Part shown: positions 1 to 13,339 of the stretch, piece after piece | Layout: every line of letters starts with the position of its first letter | How positions within the stretch are numbered: the stretch's first letter is position 1 | DNA from: Vicugna vicugna | Lineage: Eukaryota | Length of the DNA stretch: 64,000 nt | NCBI GenBank assembly: GCA_013265495.1 | Contig: MU058198.1 | Coordinates: 3,422,419-3,486,418, forward strand | Direction of reading: 5' to 3' | Made by a program: the position numbers and the translations under genes | Notes under the pieces: model-generated | What the model saw: the letters and a program-made list of their open reading frames with translations, nothing else | What the model was told of the DNA's origin: nothing | Databases searched by the model: none

Positions 1-80
1 CCAGGCCTCCCAGTTCCAGCTCCCAATGCCCCCCTGCTCCCCACTCCCCCTTTCTGAGGTCTCCCTCCACCTACTGCTAG

Positions 81-235
81 GGTATCAGCTGTGTGACAAC
101 AGCGTGGGGGTGCTCTTCAATGACTCGACGCGCCTTATCCTCTACAATGACGGGGACAGCCTGCAGTACATCGAGCGTGATGGCACAGAGTCTTACCTCA
201 CCGTGAGCTCCCATCCCAACTCCTTGATAAAGAAG
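81..235 (+). CDS. PLK1: PLK1 third-last coding exon (polo-box 1)
   Basis: ag|GGTATCAG...AAGAAG|gt; [40 protein letters not shown]. Confidence 0.97.
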
Positions 236-336
236 GTGAGCGCCGGCTGGCCCAGGTGGCCTGGTGTGGCCAGCAGTGAGGGATGTGCCAGGGGACAGCC
301 TCTAACTGTGGGCTCCCTCCCTCGCTTTCCACCCAG

Positions 337-519
337 ATCACCCTCCTTAAGTATTTCCGAAACTACATGAGCGAACACTTGCTGAAGGCGGGTGCCAATA
401 TCACGCCCCGCGAAGGCGATGAGCTAGCCCGGCTGCCCTACCTGCGCACCTGGTTCCGCACCCGCAGCGCCATCATCCTGCACCTCAGTAATGGCTGCGT
501 GCAGATCAACTTCTTCCAG
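337..519 (+). CDS. PLK1: PLK1 penultimate coding exon
   Basis: ag|ATC...CAG|gt; [19 protein letters not shown]...[26 protein letters not shown]. Confidence 0.97.
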
Positions 520-775
520 GTGAGCCGCAGGTGAACGGGGCCGTGGGGAGTTGGGGCGGGGTATCTGTGCCTCTCAGCGGGCCCACGGAGTTGGGTGGGC
601 AGTGGGGGGCATGGGACATGTCTTTGGTGGCAGGCAGTAGAAGGGAGTGAAGTGGGGTGGGACCCCCCAGTCAGCCGGGGTCCTTTCCCTCCCCCCCCCA
701 CACACACTAGCAGCTGGATCTTCAGTCACTGATAACCCCCTGTCTGTCCATTGCCCTCCTCTCCTCCTCTCACAG

Positions 776-982
776 GACCACACCAAACTCATCTTGTGCC
801 CACTGATGGCAGCCGTGACCTACATCGACGAGAAGCGGGACTTCCGCACGTACCGCCTGAGCCTCCTGGAGGAGTACGGCTGCTCCAAGGAGCTGGCCAG
901 CCGGCTGCGCTACGCGCGCACCATGGTGGACAAGCTGCTGAGCTCGCGGTCCGCCACCAACCGCCTCAAGGCCTCCTCGTAG
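776..982 (+). CDS. PLK1: PLK1 last coding exon (polo-box 2)
   Basis: ag|[26 protein letters not shown]...RLKASS, TAG 980-982; His/Lys phosphopeptide pincer (HTK) present. Confidence 0.97.
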   Translation, partial: DHTKLILCPLMAAVTYIDEKRDFRTYRLSLLEEYGCSKELASRLRYARTMVDKLLSSRSATNRLKASS

Positions 983-1253
983 CCCCCGACCCCCACCAAG
1001 GACTGGCACCTTCCTCTCCCCAACCAGCACCTGGCCCCACGCTGGTCAGCTCCCGTGGTGCTGCTGTATAACGTGCCCCCCAGCCCTGGGGGCTGGGGCG
1101 AGAGCCGGCATCCCTGCGGGTGGGGGCTCTGTGTAAGTTATTTTTGTACATGTTCCGGTGTGGGTTCTGTGTCCTCCTCCCCGTCCCTCTCAACCCCACC
1201 ATATGAATTGTACAGAATATTGCTATTGGATTCGGGACTGTCCTTTCCTTGCC

Positions 1254-1259
1254 TTTATA
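1254..1259 (-). terminator. ERN2: Candidate ERN2 variant poly(A) signal TATAAA
   Basis: tttata on +; first PAS-like hexamer seen after the ERN2 stop. Confidence 0.5.
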
Positions 1260-1260
1260 C

Positions 1261-1266
1261 ATTAAA
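1261..1266 (+). terminator. PLK1: PLK1 poly(A) signal ATTAAA
   Basis: ATTAAA ~280 nt after stop, followed by T/GT-rich tract 1280-1298. Confidence 0.8.
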
Positions 1267-1392
1267 CACGTGTGAATCGTCCTTTTCTTCTTGTGTTCCC
1301 TGCGGGGTGCGCGCACCTGGGCCCTGCCCGCACCGTGGCTCCGCCATCCCCGGCCGCCAAGCCTCCGCTGGTGTTCCGCCCGCGGTGGGGGT

Positions 1393-1829
<437 letters not shown>

Positions 1830-1833
1830 CTAC

Positions 1834-1957
1834 CTGTCTGCAGCGGCACTGAGATGTGCTTGTGCCAGTCTCTCCGGACCACTTCAGAACCTCCCGCCTC
1901 CAGCGCAGTCACCAGGGGTCCCTGCTCAGGCTCCTTCTCCAGCCAGTCGCTGACGTC
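1834..1957 (-). CDS. ERN2: ERN2 exon 20
   Basis: [23 protein letters not shown]...ISVPLQT, AG/GT. Confidence 0.95.
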
Positions 1958-2325
1958 CTAGGACCCACAGAGCTCCTGAGCCTCCTGACCAGTGTCGGAG
2001 GCCACAGGCCAGGGGTGTCCTATGGCTGGGGGAGTGGAGCAGCCAAAGCTGCTCAGGTTTAGGATAAGGATTGTTGCTGCCCGTGGAGTGCAGTTTCTCT
2101 TGCACTGTGCCAGGTCTAATCCAACCTGTGATGGAGGTGCTGTTCCCATTTTGCAGATAAGCAAACTGAGGCTCAAGGTCACACAAGTGCAATGGGCCGT
2201 GGGGGCAGGAATAGTGTGAGTGACAACTAGGGCTGAAAGGAATGGGGAGTATTCTCACGCCAGGGGCAGTTGGGCTGGGAAAGTGGTAATAAGTAGACTG
2301 TGCAGTGCCCAGGTGGCAACATTTA

Positions 2326-2691
<366 letters not shown>

Positions 2692-2694
2692 TCA

Positions 2695-2937
<243 letters not shown>

Positions 2938-3687
2938 TCAGACTAGGATTCAAAAAGGCTTCCCAAGAGGCAGCTTCTTCACCCTCTGCACCATTGAAAG
3001 GGGCCCGTGGTTTTCACCCCAAATCTTTGTCCCACTGAGCCTCTAGTTTGGGTTTCCAAGCGTCATACCTCCAGGGCTGGTGGGTGACAGAACTGACTGA
3101 AGCTGGCCAGCTTTGAGGCAGTGAGGACTAGGATCTGGCCCTGTCCACACGTGGCTGCTGACACTTAGCTCCAGCTGGTTGCCTCCAGGGGACCCTCTCG
3201 GGTGGCAGAGCTTTGATTTTCTGAGAAAGTCCGGAAATGCAGACTTCCAAGTGGAATTTCCCGAAAGGTAAAATACTGGCCACTCATTAAAAAAAAATCA
3301 AAACCTGAACAGGCTCATAACACCAGTGCTTTGGTCCTTGGGCCGCCAGGTTGCTACCTCTAGCTCGACTTCAGGGTCAGGGTGGCTTTGCCTAATGACT
3401 GTCCTTGAGTGTTACTCTCATTCATGCCCGTGACCTCTACCACACACTGACTCAAAAATCTATAATCCTGGGGTCTCGGACTCAAGTGTCTCTGGGGGCC
3501 AGATACTACTCTGTGCTTCAGCTCATCTAGTGCTCCCCAAACCCTCCACATCTGGGTGATTCTCCAAGCTGGCTATGCGTTAAAATCCCCAGAGGTCGGA
3601 CTTACTGGGTGTGGGCCTGGGCACCTGAATGTTTTCAAGTTCCCCAGTGATCCTGCAGCACAGTAGAGATGAAAAGTATTTTCTAGC

Positions 3688-3912
3688 TAAGGGTCTCTCC
3701 ACCTCAGGACTATTGACATTTTGGACCAGATAACTCTTCGTCCTGGGGGACCGTCCTGTGCACTGTGGGATGTTTAGCAGCATCCCTGGCCTCTCCCCAC
3801 TAGATGGCAGTAGCAAGCCTCCCTTTCCCCTGCCAAATGCGACAACCAAAAATATCTCGACGTCGCCCAAGGCCCCCTGGGTGGCAAAATCATCCCAGGT
3901 TGAGAACCACAG
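3688..3912 (+). mobile_element. MER20-like hAT DNA transposon
   Basis: gactattgacattttggaccagataa...gttgagaaccac resembles MER20 consensus. Confidence 0.8.
3797..3810 (+). promoter_or_regulatory. CTCF motif inside MER20
   Basis: CCACTAGATGGCAG. Confidence 0.55.
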
Positions 3913-3971
3913 CTCTAGGTAAGAAGGGAAGAATTATCCCCAGTTTACAGGTGAAGAAACAGGAGTGACTA

Positions 3972-4850
<879 letters not shown>

Positions 4851-4854
4851 TCAC

Positions 4855-4936
4855 CGGTATACAAACGTCCCGCCTGCCCCGCGGCCCAGCACATCCTTGG
4901 GATTGAAGGAAATCTTCCCCACCACGGTGAGCTCAG
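4855..4936 (-). CDS. ERN2: ERN2 exon 14 (kinase Gly-rich loop)
   Basis: [26 protein letters not shown]. Confidence 0.95.
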
Positions 4937-7888
4937 CTGAGGGGACAGGCATGGGGGGAGGTCTCAGGGAGCCTCTGCTCACTGCCCACAGCCATCACCC
5001 TGCCCAGTCCAGACCCTCCCTGCCGCTGTGACCTTTCTGTGGCCTCCACCTTCCATGCCCAGCCTGCTGCCAGGCTGCCTGGGCCCAGTGCCTGGAGCTC
5101 CCCCTTGCTCTGTGTGTACTTGGGCAAGCGGCTTAGCCGCTGTACCCTGGTTTTCTCATCTGTGAAGTGGGACTAACACTAAGGAGCCTGCGTAGCAGGA
5201 TTATGAGGATTAATAAAGAAAGGGGAGGGCAGAGGTTTGCTGTGCGGGCTTCTTTTGTCATTGTCCCTCTTTGGCATTTTTCTGCCTAGGTTTCTTTCCT
5301 TTCCTTCCTCTGTCACCCTCCCCACCTCCACCAGTTACAATGAACCCTTTGAATGGAGGCATTGGCTTCAAACAGGAAGGTGAGTTTTGGCAGCTGGAAA
5401 CATGATGAGAGTGAGCGCTGTCTCAGAAAAGACTGTCCTGGACAGGATGGGGTTGTCCTGGACAGGAGGGGCCGGGCGGGAAGTGGGCATTTGGACGCTG
5501 AGCTGCCCCAGGGTTAGTTCTAGGGAGGCCTCGGTTTCCTGCCAAGAAGGGTGGGGTTGGCTAGGGCAGGCAGTGGACTCGCGTAGTTACTGCTGTTCCT
5601 TTTCGGTAGCTTTCGAGAGACCCCCTCCCAGTGGCCCAGGCACGTCGGTCCAGGCAGGCTGAGCCCTGCCCAGCTCCAAGGGGCCCCATGCATACAGCCA
5701 AGTGTGTCTGGCACCCGCTGAGTTATATGCCCCTCAGTGGCCCTGAGAACACTCTCCTTAGGAAGAGCTGCCAGCTTTGGTCTCTCTAATCAGCTCTAGG
5801 AAAAGTCAATGAAAATTAGCATCAGAGATCAGTATCGAGCTGTCCCTCAGCACTGCTCTGAATTATCTACTTAAACAGTCACTCCCATCTGTCGATGAAA
5901 TGCAAGCAATAACCTGATCCGTGTGCGATGGACCCTCCGGAGTGTGGGCTCGGGGCTGGAAGCACATCACCCACAGGTGAGATGTGCCTGCCTCTCCGGC
6001 AGCTCAGAAAGCAGGGATAGAGGGGCTCAAAAGCCTATTTGAACAAGCGCAGCTCAGCCGGCTCCAGGTGCGGGTCCCTGAGCACTTCCGGCCCCTCTTG
6101 GGTACCACTCACTTGGTTCTGCTTGGTTCTTGGTCCCGTCTCTGGCACGCCTGCCTTCCCTGCTCTGGATGCCCTTGGCGTGAGGTAAACACTCTCTGCA
6201 CGCTTTCTGGGTTAAATATTCACATGCACCCTTGACGCCGGGATGGAGGCCACACTTCAGGCCACAAAGGCCTTGAGTGCAGAAATAACAAGGGGGGAGG
6301 CTCTGTCTGCACACACGTACTCGCCATCACTTGCTCAGCCTTCCCTATTGTGATGATGGGGAAGCAGCAAAGGCCGGAGAGAAGTTCTAAAGCAGAGTCA
6401 ACAGCTGTCACGTGAGGGGGAAATGGTGTCGAGGCAGAACTCCCCCTGGAAACCCTGAGAACATGTGATGCCTTGCGTTGCTCCTTTACACGGGTTGGGA
6501 AGCCCCTGAAAGTCGGTCACGCGCTTTCATGGGCATCACCACCAAAGTGCAAACAGAACTACTGTCCCACAGCTGACCTGCCTTGGAGTCCCTGAGCTGC
6601 CACTTACTGGCTTTGTGTGTCTGCGGTGGGGGTGCCATGGACCTTCCTGCCTTCATTTCCTCTTCCTTAAAAATAAAATAAATGTTACAACAGCAAGCCA
6701 CCTCCGGGAATGTTGTGAATATCTCACGAGTTCATGCCTGCACCGTGCTTACAACAGTGCCTGGTACACAGGAAGTGCCATACAGTGTCAGCTCTGTGGT
6801 AGCTCTGGTTCAGGCTTGACTGCATCCACTTACTGTTGAATACACCACGTAGCCTGAAGGATGCCCAACCAAGCCTGGGGAGATGAATTGGTGGAAGTTA
6901 AATGAGAGTAGGATGTGACTCCAGTGTAGATTTTGTGAACCAATAAAAGGCCTTGAGGAACGCCCCTCTCCCCGCATCAAGGGGAGGACCAAGATTTCCA
7001 AGGTCAGTGTTCTTGACATAGACATTCTAACCAGAGGTTAGAGGCTGCCACGAGGTGCTGGCGCTGGAGGGCTTTTCGGAGAGTGGTTCTCGAAGATTTT
7101 CTGTCATCGGCCACATTTGTTTATTTGACTCTCCCTGCACTAAACCAAGATTTTGATGCACTGGACTCCAAATAGCTGTATATCACATGGGCACGTCCCA
7201 GACTATTAACTGTAACTCTCTCTGTTCCTCACACCTGCCCAGCACACATTCACTCCATCTATATTTACTGAGTTGAGAATGGCTGTTTAAGACTCTCCAG
7301 GGCCCATTGTCAGTCACTGATTTCCCCTGAGCTATGCTCTGTGTTGATACTGTAGCAGTAAACAAGGCAGGCTTTACCACAGCAGTTCAGATCAGGCGTG
7401 TGTTTTCCAGTTTGCCACAGTCCCCACCACTCCCTATTCTCTCTCCCACGTGGCTGCTTTGCTTGTTTACTTTATCCAGTTGGCCCACCTGTGAGCCAAT
7501 AACATCACCAGGTATGATTTAATAATAATGGGGATGGGAACCTCTCATCACAAGGTGATGTAACAGGGTAGGTGTTATTAGTCCCATTTGGCAGATGAGA
7601 AAACAGAAGCTCAGACGAGTTAAGCAATTCATCAAAGTTAACAGAACTGGGTAAGGATCTAACTCCTCTATTTGCATCTAGGGTTCTCGAAAAGGACAGC
7701 AGTAAAAATGATGGCAAGCCATTTCTAGCGGGCTCAACTACACAGCAGGCACTATTCGAAGTGCTTTCCAATTAACTCATTTAGGCTTCGCTACCCCACC
7801 ATAACGGCTTCTAACAAACCGACTTTGAAGCTAAACCTCCCCTCTTTTCTGTCCCCGACTCTCCCCTTTCCTGTTCACACAAGCTCAC

Positions 7889-8057
7889 CTTCAGGGTCTT
7901 CGAGGGGCTGGTCTTGCTCTGAGGGGTTTGGAAGCCTCTTCTGGCTCTGTGGGGTGGCCCCCGAGGGCTGGCACTGAGCTTCCGGTGAGATGTGAGAAGG
8001 GCCTGCAGGTGCCAGGGGGGCCTGCTGCTGCTGCTTCTCCACCACCAGCTGCTGCTG
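7889..8057 (-). CDS. ERN2: ERN2 exon 13 (cytosolic linker)
   Basis: QQQLVVEKQQQQAPLAP...PLEDPE; (CAG)4 acceptor makes start ambiguous by 3-9 nt. Confidence 0.88.
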
Positions 8058-8267
8058 CTGAAACATGAGGGCCTGAGCCAGCCTGGCCCTGGAGCGTTAA
8101 CACACAGAGCACAGGATCGGGGGCTCGGGGAGCTGCTAAAAGGAAGACAGTGGGCCGAATCGGATCTGGGTCGGGGAGAAAGTTGCTAAGTGGCCTTGGA
8201 GAGCAGGAGCAGAGTTGCCCCTAGGAAGACTGTGAGATGGGCCTGAGGTCGCGGGCAATGGGCTTAC

Positions 8268-8423
8268 CTGCCTCATCAGGAAGAGAATCCACCCTCCCAG
8301 GAGGAGGGCAGTGAGGCTGGTTGCCAGCAGGTCTTGAGTTCCCAGTCCGGGGTACAGGCCTGGGGTTTTCTCTTCCGGATGCAGCTGTAGGTTCGAAGGT
8401 TCCTCTTGGGTCAGGCTCAGGAG
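8268..8423 (-). CDS. ERN2: ERN2 exon 12 (transmembrane helix)
   Basis: LLSLTQEE...[23 protein letters not shown]. Confidence 0.94.
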
Positions 8424-9142
8424 CTGGGGACAAAGAGACTTTCACTCTTAGCAGCCCCTCCCACTGTGGACCCCCTAAGTAACCCTTCTGCATCACCCAG
8501 CACAGGGCTGGGCTTAGCTGAAGGGGTGGTAAGTGAGTGGTCTGGTGGGAAACGTGGCACTTTCCACGGTGAAACATCACGGCGCCCCAGACGATCGTCT
8601 TTCAAACCTAGCTGAGGGCCAGCGTCTCCTGTAGTGTCGCTAAAAAATACAGATACTCCTGTGGCATCACCAAAAAGTGCAAGTATCCACCTCCAGAGAT
8701 TCTGGATTCAGTGGGGCTGAAGTCAGTGGCTTCCAGGTGATTCTGATGAGCAACCAGATTTGAGAATCATTTCTCCAGCTCATGCCTGTTCCTTCTAACC
8801 TTGAACTACTGGCAACTCTTGTCCAGTCCTCTCCCAGGAAGGCATGCTTTTACGATTTTTTCTGTTTTCATTTTCTCACTTGTTAAATATTTTGTAACCT
8901 TTCAGTTGAAGAAGAATAAAGAAAACTGTGACCCACGTTTCACAATTTAGGTAGCCAGTAACTTTTTGACACTTCTAGCATGTCTCTGACAATAACCAAA
9001 GTTAAGTTTTTCTTCCAAGAAGTTGTGTGAGGTCAATTGACTCTCTCTTAAGTGTTATTCCTAGAAACCCGAGGAAATGATCCAAGGGCTGCCTAGCCGC
9101 TTGCTGCCTCTCCCCGCTTTCCTCTGCCCTTTTAGCACTGAC

Positions 9143-9264
9143 CTCCAAGAAGACAGCTGGGGCCTGAATGCTCTCTGAGGGTCTGGTCCCAGAAGTCCCA
9201 CTCTCTGGGGTGGGATGGACCCTCAGCATGGTGGTGTGCAGGACTGGAGGTGGCTCATGGTGTC
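9143..9264 (-). CDS. ERN2: ERN2 exon 11
   Basis: HHEPPPVLHTTMLRVHPT...APAVFLE. Confidence 0.93.
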
Positions 9265-9371
9265 CTGAGGGGCAGAAGAAACAAGTCAGTGGGCTGAAGG
9301 CAACCTCAGCCTTCCAGCTCAGAACCTGGGCTCACAGGTCCCTTACTCCAAATTTGGGCTGGGAGTCTCAC

Positions 9372-9519
9372 CAATGAGCAGCCACTGGCTGGGGAGGGCC
9401 ACGCTGCCTGAGGGGTACCTGACAGCAGTGCTAGGTGAGCCCTCTCTCTCTCCTGAGACTTGGAGTGTCACCTCATCTGTGGTGGGGCCATCTGTGGGGG
9501 CCAGGGTCAGTCCACGAGG
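9372..9519 (-). CDS. ERN2: ERN2 exon 10
   Basis: [49 protein letters not shown]. Confidence 0.95.
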
Positions 9520-9611
9520 CTATGGCAGAAGATGGAGAGTCATGAGTCGGGGGAGGGCTCCTCTCCTGCTCTCATCCCCTCTTTCCAGCCCCTCAGAGAC
9601 CCCCTTCTCAC

Positions 9612-9690
9612 CACTAGGGCCACCCCTGTGTGAACCAGTGCTTTAGAGACATAGAAGCCAGCTTCATCCTTACCCACATACAGCGTCATC
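9612..9690 (-). CDS. ERN2: ERN2 exon 9
   Basis: [26 protein letters not shown]. Confidence 0.95.
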
Positions 9691-11431
9691 CTAGTGGGGG
9701 AGAGGAAAAGTGGAAAAGAATGAGTGATGGTTGTGGATGGTTTCAGTTCCCACAGTATCCATGTCTGTGCCCCCTCCCACACTGACTCTGGACTTGGCCA
9801 TGTCACTTGCTTTGGCCAATAAGGCAATAGATAATGTAAGACATAAGTAGAGGCTTGAGAACTGCTTGTTCTTCAGGGCTTGACCTCTCATGTTGTTCTT
9901 TGGAACTCTGAGACCACCATGAAAGGAAACCCAGGCTAGTGTGTGTGGGCATGAGAGATCTTATTTGACATCTGAGGGCTAAATAATCCACCAATCATGG
10001 CACAGGATGAGTAAAGCCATTCTAGATGGTCCAGGCTGAGCCAAGCCACCAGCTGATTCACAAAATCTTGAAAAATTATAAATTTTGAAGCTCTAAATTT
10101 GGGGGGGGTTGTTTGTTATGCAGCAAAAGCTAACTGATACAAACTCTAGAGTCACTGTTTCTAAATCTGTTTCTAGCCCAGACCACTTTCAAGAGCTCAG
10201 TTTTTTAAATCTGAACTCATCACCTCATTCCTTGCCTGCTCCTCCCCTCTTCCTCCTCTAATGTTCCCTGCCTCTGAAATGACAGCAGTCATGTGCTTCT
10301 GCATAACTGTTGACTCCGCTCACAATCACCAAAACTCTCTAGTCACCAAATTCTTACTGGTTTTCCCTCTTAGTATCTGTTGCCCTCCACGTGTTTCCAT
10401 CTCTGGTGTTTCTGCCCTGGTTCAAAGTGTCTTCATCTCTTGCCTGAACTAATGCGATATTCTATGTGTTCACTTCCTCCCTTGTGACTCTAAGGTGTTC
10501 TTCACCCTGCAGCCTGGTCGATATGATCAAATAACTTCTTTGCCTAAAACCCTCCAGGGACTTCTCTTTAGCCTTGTCCCAAACGCTTTAAATGATCCTA
10601 CAAGATTCCTGCTTAACAGCCTCAGACCTTATTCCCTGCTCAGAGATATTCTCCAGCCTTATTCAATTTGTTAATTCAACCTGTTCCCTGGTTGTCACGA
10701 TCCCCCTCTTTCTCCCTCTCCCTTTCATTTCCTATTCATCCTTTAGGTTTCAACTTATATGTCCCTTCCTCTAGGGAGCTTTCTATGACTGCCTCCTGCC
10801 CCCAGGCTCAACTTAGGTGCCCCCCATATACATTCCCATGACACTGTATACTTCTCTTATCTCCTCTTTTATTATATCATATTATGGTTGCCTCTTGACA
10901 CAGCTCTCTGCCCTACTGGACCCTGAGATTTCTGTAGGTGGGAACACTGGTTATATCATTGCATTCCCAGAGTGCAGACTGCTCCATAGCAAGGGCTCAG
11001 CTCATGTCTGTGGAATGAACTGAGCGAATGGATAATCCCTGATTTTCCCAGTCTGTCTCCTGGTGCCCCAAGATGGGGACACTACGGTATTTGGTGCTGT
11101 AAGGAAGGGTCATATTTAAACTTTTTAACAACCAATAAACATACAGTACCTACCAAGGAGAACAGGTGCCAGCTATAGCACTGGGGTGGAGACACGGAGG
11201 CCCCTCCTAGGCCAGATCTTACCCTATCAGTTGCTGAACAATGGGTTTATCCAGGGGATCCTGGGAGCACATGGTGGGTGGTGCAGGGCACTGATTATTC
11301 ACCAAACTGTTTGTAAGGTTTTGACCCCTGCTTCAGCTGAACTGGTGTGTCATGGTGGAACTTCACGCCTGCGCACTGCACCTGGGCTGCACCACGGCCA
11401 GAGGCCCCAGCCCCCAGGCATGCGCACTTAC

Positions 11432-11696
11432 AGCAGCTGAGTGTCCAAGGCAGAGAAGTGGGTGGCCGTGTCCTGGGGGCCTGAGGCAGGCAGTCGGATG
11501 TAGCCCCAGCGGAGGGCGAGGAAGTGCAAGGTGTCGCGAGCCAGTGTGAGATGAGGCAACTGGCGCAGGCTGTCCTGGTGCCAGGTGTAGATGCCCGTCA
11601 CGGGTACGCCCAAGTCCTGGGTCCACAGCACTGCTCCGCTCCCCGGGTCCACAGTCAGCAGCAGGCCGATCCCACAGGACGCCAGGTGGCTCATGT
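11432..11696 (-). CDS. ERN2: ERN2 exon 8
   Basis: [29 protein letters not shown]...LDTQL. Confidence 0.95.
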
Positions 11697-12616
11697 CTGC
11701 CAAGAAAGGTGGCTGGGGAGATGCGGTCAGGGAGCTTGACCTGCGGCATCTCAGAGCATCTTGAGCGGGAAGGCTGCTCTGAGGGTGGGCCATCGGGAGG
11801 GCCACTCAGGTGTGTGGAGGTCAGGTGAGATCACTTGGAGGGTGATCAGGACATGGGAAGTTCACTGGGTCACTTCGATCAGTTGGGGTCAACTGGGCAG
11901 CAGTATGAGGTAGAGGGGTCTGGCAGGGTCAACCAAAGGTGACTGAGGTGTGTGACTCGGCCCTTGTTACTTCAGAGAGATGTGGGGTAGTCAGTCATGC
12001 GCTGGCTGCTGGTCAACAAGGGTGGTCTGGAGATATGCGGGTCACTTGGGAGCCATTCAGGACCTGAAGGGGGTCAGTCAGGGGCCCTGTGGGTGTCACC
12101 TGTGATGTGTCAGGGTCACCTGCATGAGTTCTCACGTGGAATGATGAAGTCAGGGTATGAGCGGTGGCTTAGAGGCACCTGTGGGGTCACTCAGGCGTTT
12201 GAGTAGGGCAGTCATAATACCAAGGGGGTGGTCAGTCTGTGGGAGGTCACTAAAGGTCATCTGTCAGGGGTCATTCAACATTGGGGGTCAGTTAGAACAC
12301 GTACGGACTGCTCAGGGGGTGCAGGGGTTGCTTGGAGTCCCTCAGGACGTGCAGTGTCGCCCAGCGTGACCTGGGTGGGCTCGCCTGGACTGTGAAGGAG
12401 TTAGGGTGCTAAGGCTGCTCAGGGTACAGGAGGGTCGGGCTGGGTGCTGAGGGGGGTCACTTAGGGCTGCCCATCAGGGGTGTGCCGTTCAGTACACGGG
12501 GTCCCTCGGAGGTCAGGTGGGTCTGAATGTGGTGGGGCTTGGTCGTGGATGCCACTCAGGGTTCCCCGAGCTGGGGAACTTGCTCCCAGGTGGGGCCAAA
12601 GAAAGGAGGAACTCAC

Positions 12617-12718
12617 ATTTCCCAGGCGAGCCATCCATGGGGGGCGCTGAGTAGCGGCGGTAGGTGGTGTTCCAGCGCAGGGCCGGGGCTCTGGGGTTGT
12701 GCATGGTGACCGTGTACT
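12617..12718 (-). CDS. ERN2: ERN2 exon 7
   Basis: [33 protein letters not shown]. Confidence 0.95.
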
Positions 12719-13038
12719 CTGGGGATGCCCGAAAGCAGGGTTACCAGGAGCGCCCATGTGACACTCCCCCACCCCGACCCAGGGGACGTCATCTTGTGGG
12801 GTTTGGGGCTTCCTGAGCACCCGGCCTGGAGGCCAGAGTCTGAGCATCACATGGCGGAAGCTGGGTCTGTTTTGGTTACTGCTGTGTCCCTAGCTCCTTG
12901 TTCAGTGCTCAGTGAAGTGTTTGTTGACTGACAGATTGATTGGCCCAGACTCAGGCCAGTTGGATAGCAATTGCCAGGTCTGGGCGGAGCAAAAGCGGGG
13001 CTGCCCGGAGCTTGGGGAGCAGCTGGGGCCTGACTCAC

Positions 13039-13146
13039 GTGTCCGGCCGATGTAGAGGCGAGGGGTAGAGGGTTGCTCTGTGGTTAGCGTCATCTGTGTC
13101 TTCCCTGACTCAGGGTCCACCACAAACCAGGCATCCTGCTTCCGGC
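13039..13146 (-). CDS. ERN2: ERN2 exon 6
   Basis: [35 protein letters not shown]. Confidence 0.95.
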
Positions 13147-13266
13147 CTGTGGAGGTGGAAAGTGTGCCTGCTCTCAAGAAGGCCTGGAGAGGGGGTGTAG
13201 CCTGTCCGTCCTGACCTAGGTCCCATCCCTGCTAGACCTGGACTCAGAGGCTGGAGAGATGCTTAC

Positions 13267-13339
13267 CCGTATAGAAGACACCATCAGAGCTGCGACACGG
13301 GGAGGCATGAACCAGCTCAGGGACGGTGAACGGCAGTCT
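13267..13339 (-). CDS. ERN2: ERN2 exon 5
   Basis: [24 protein letters not shown]. Confidence 0.95.
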
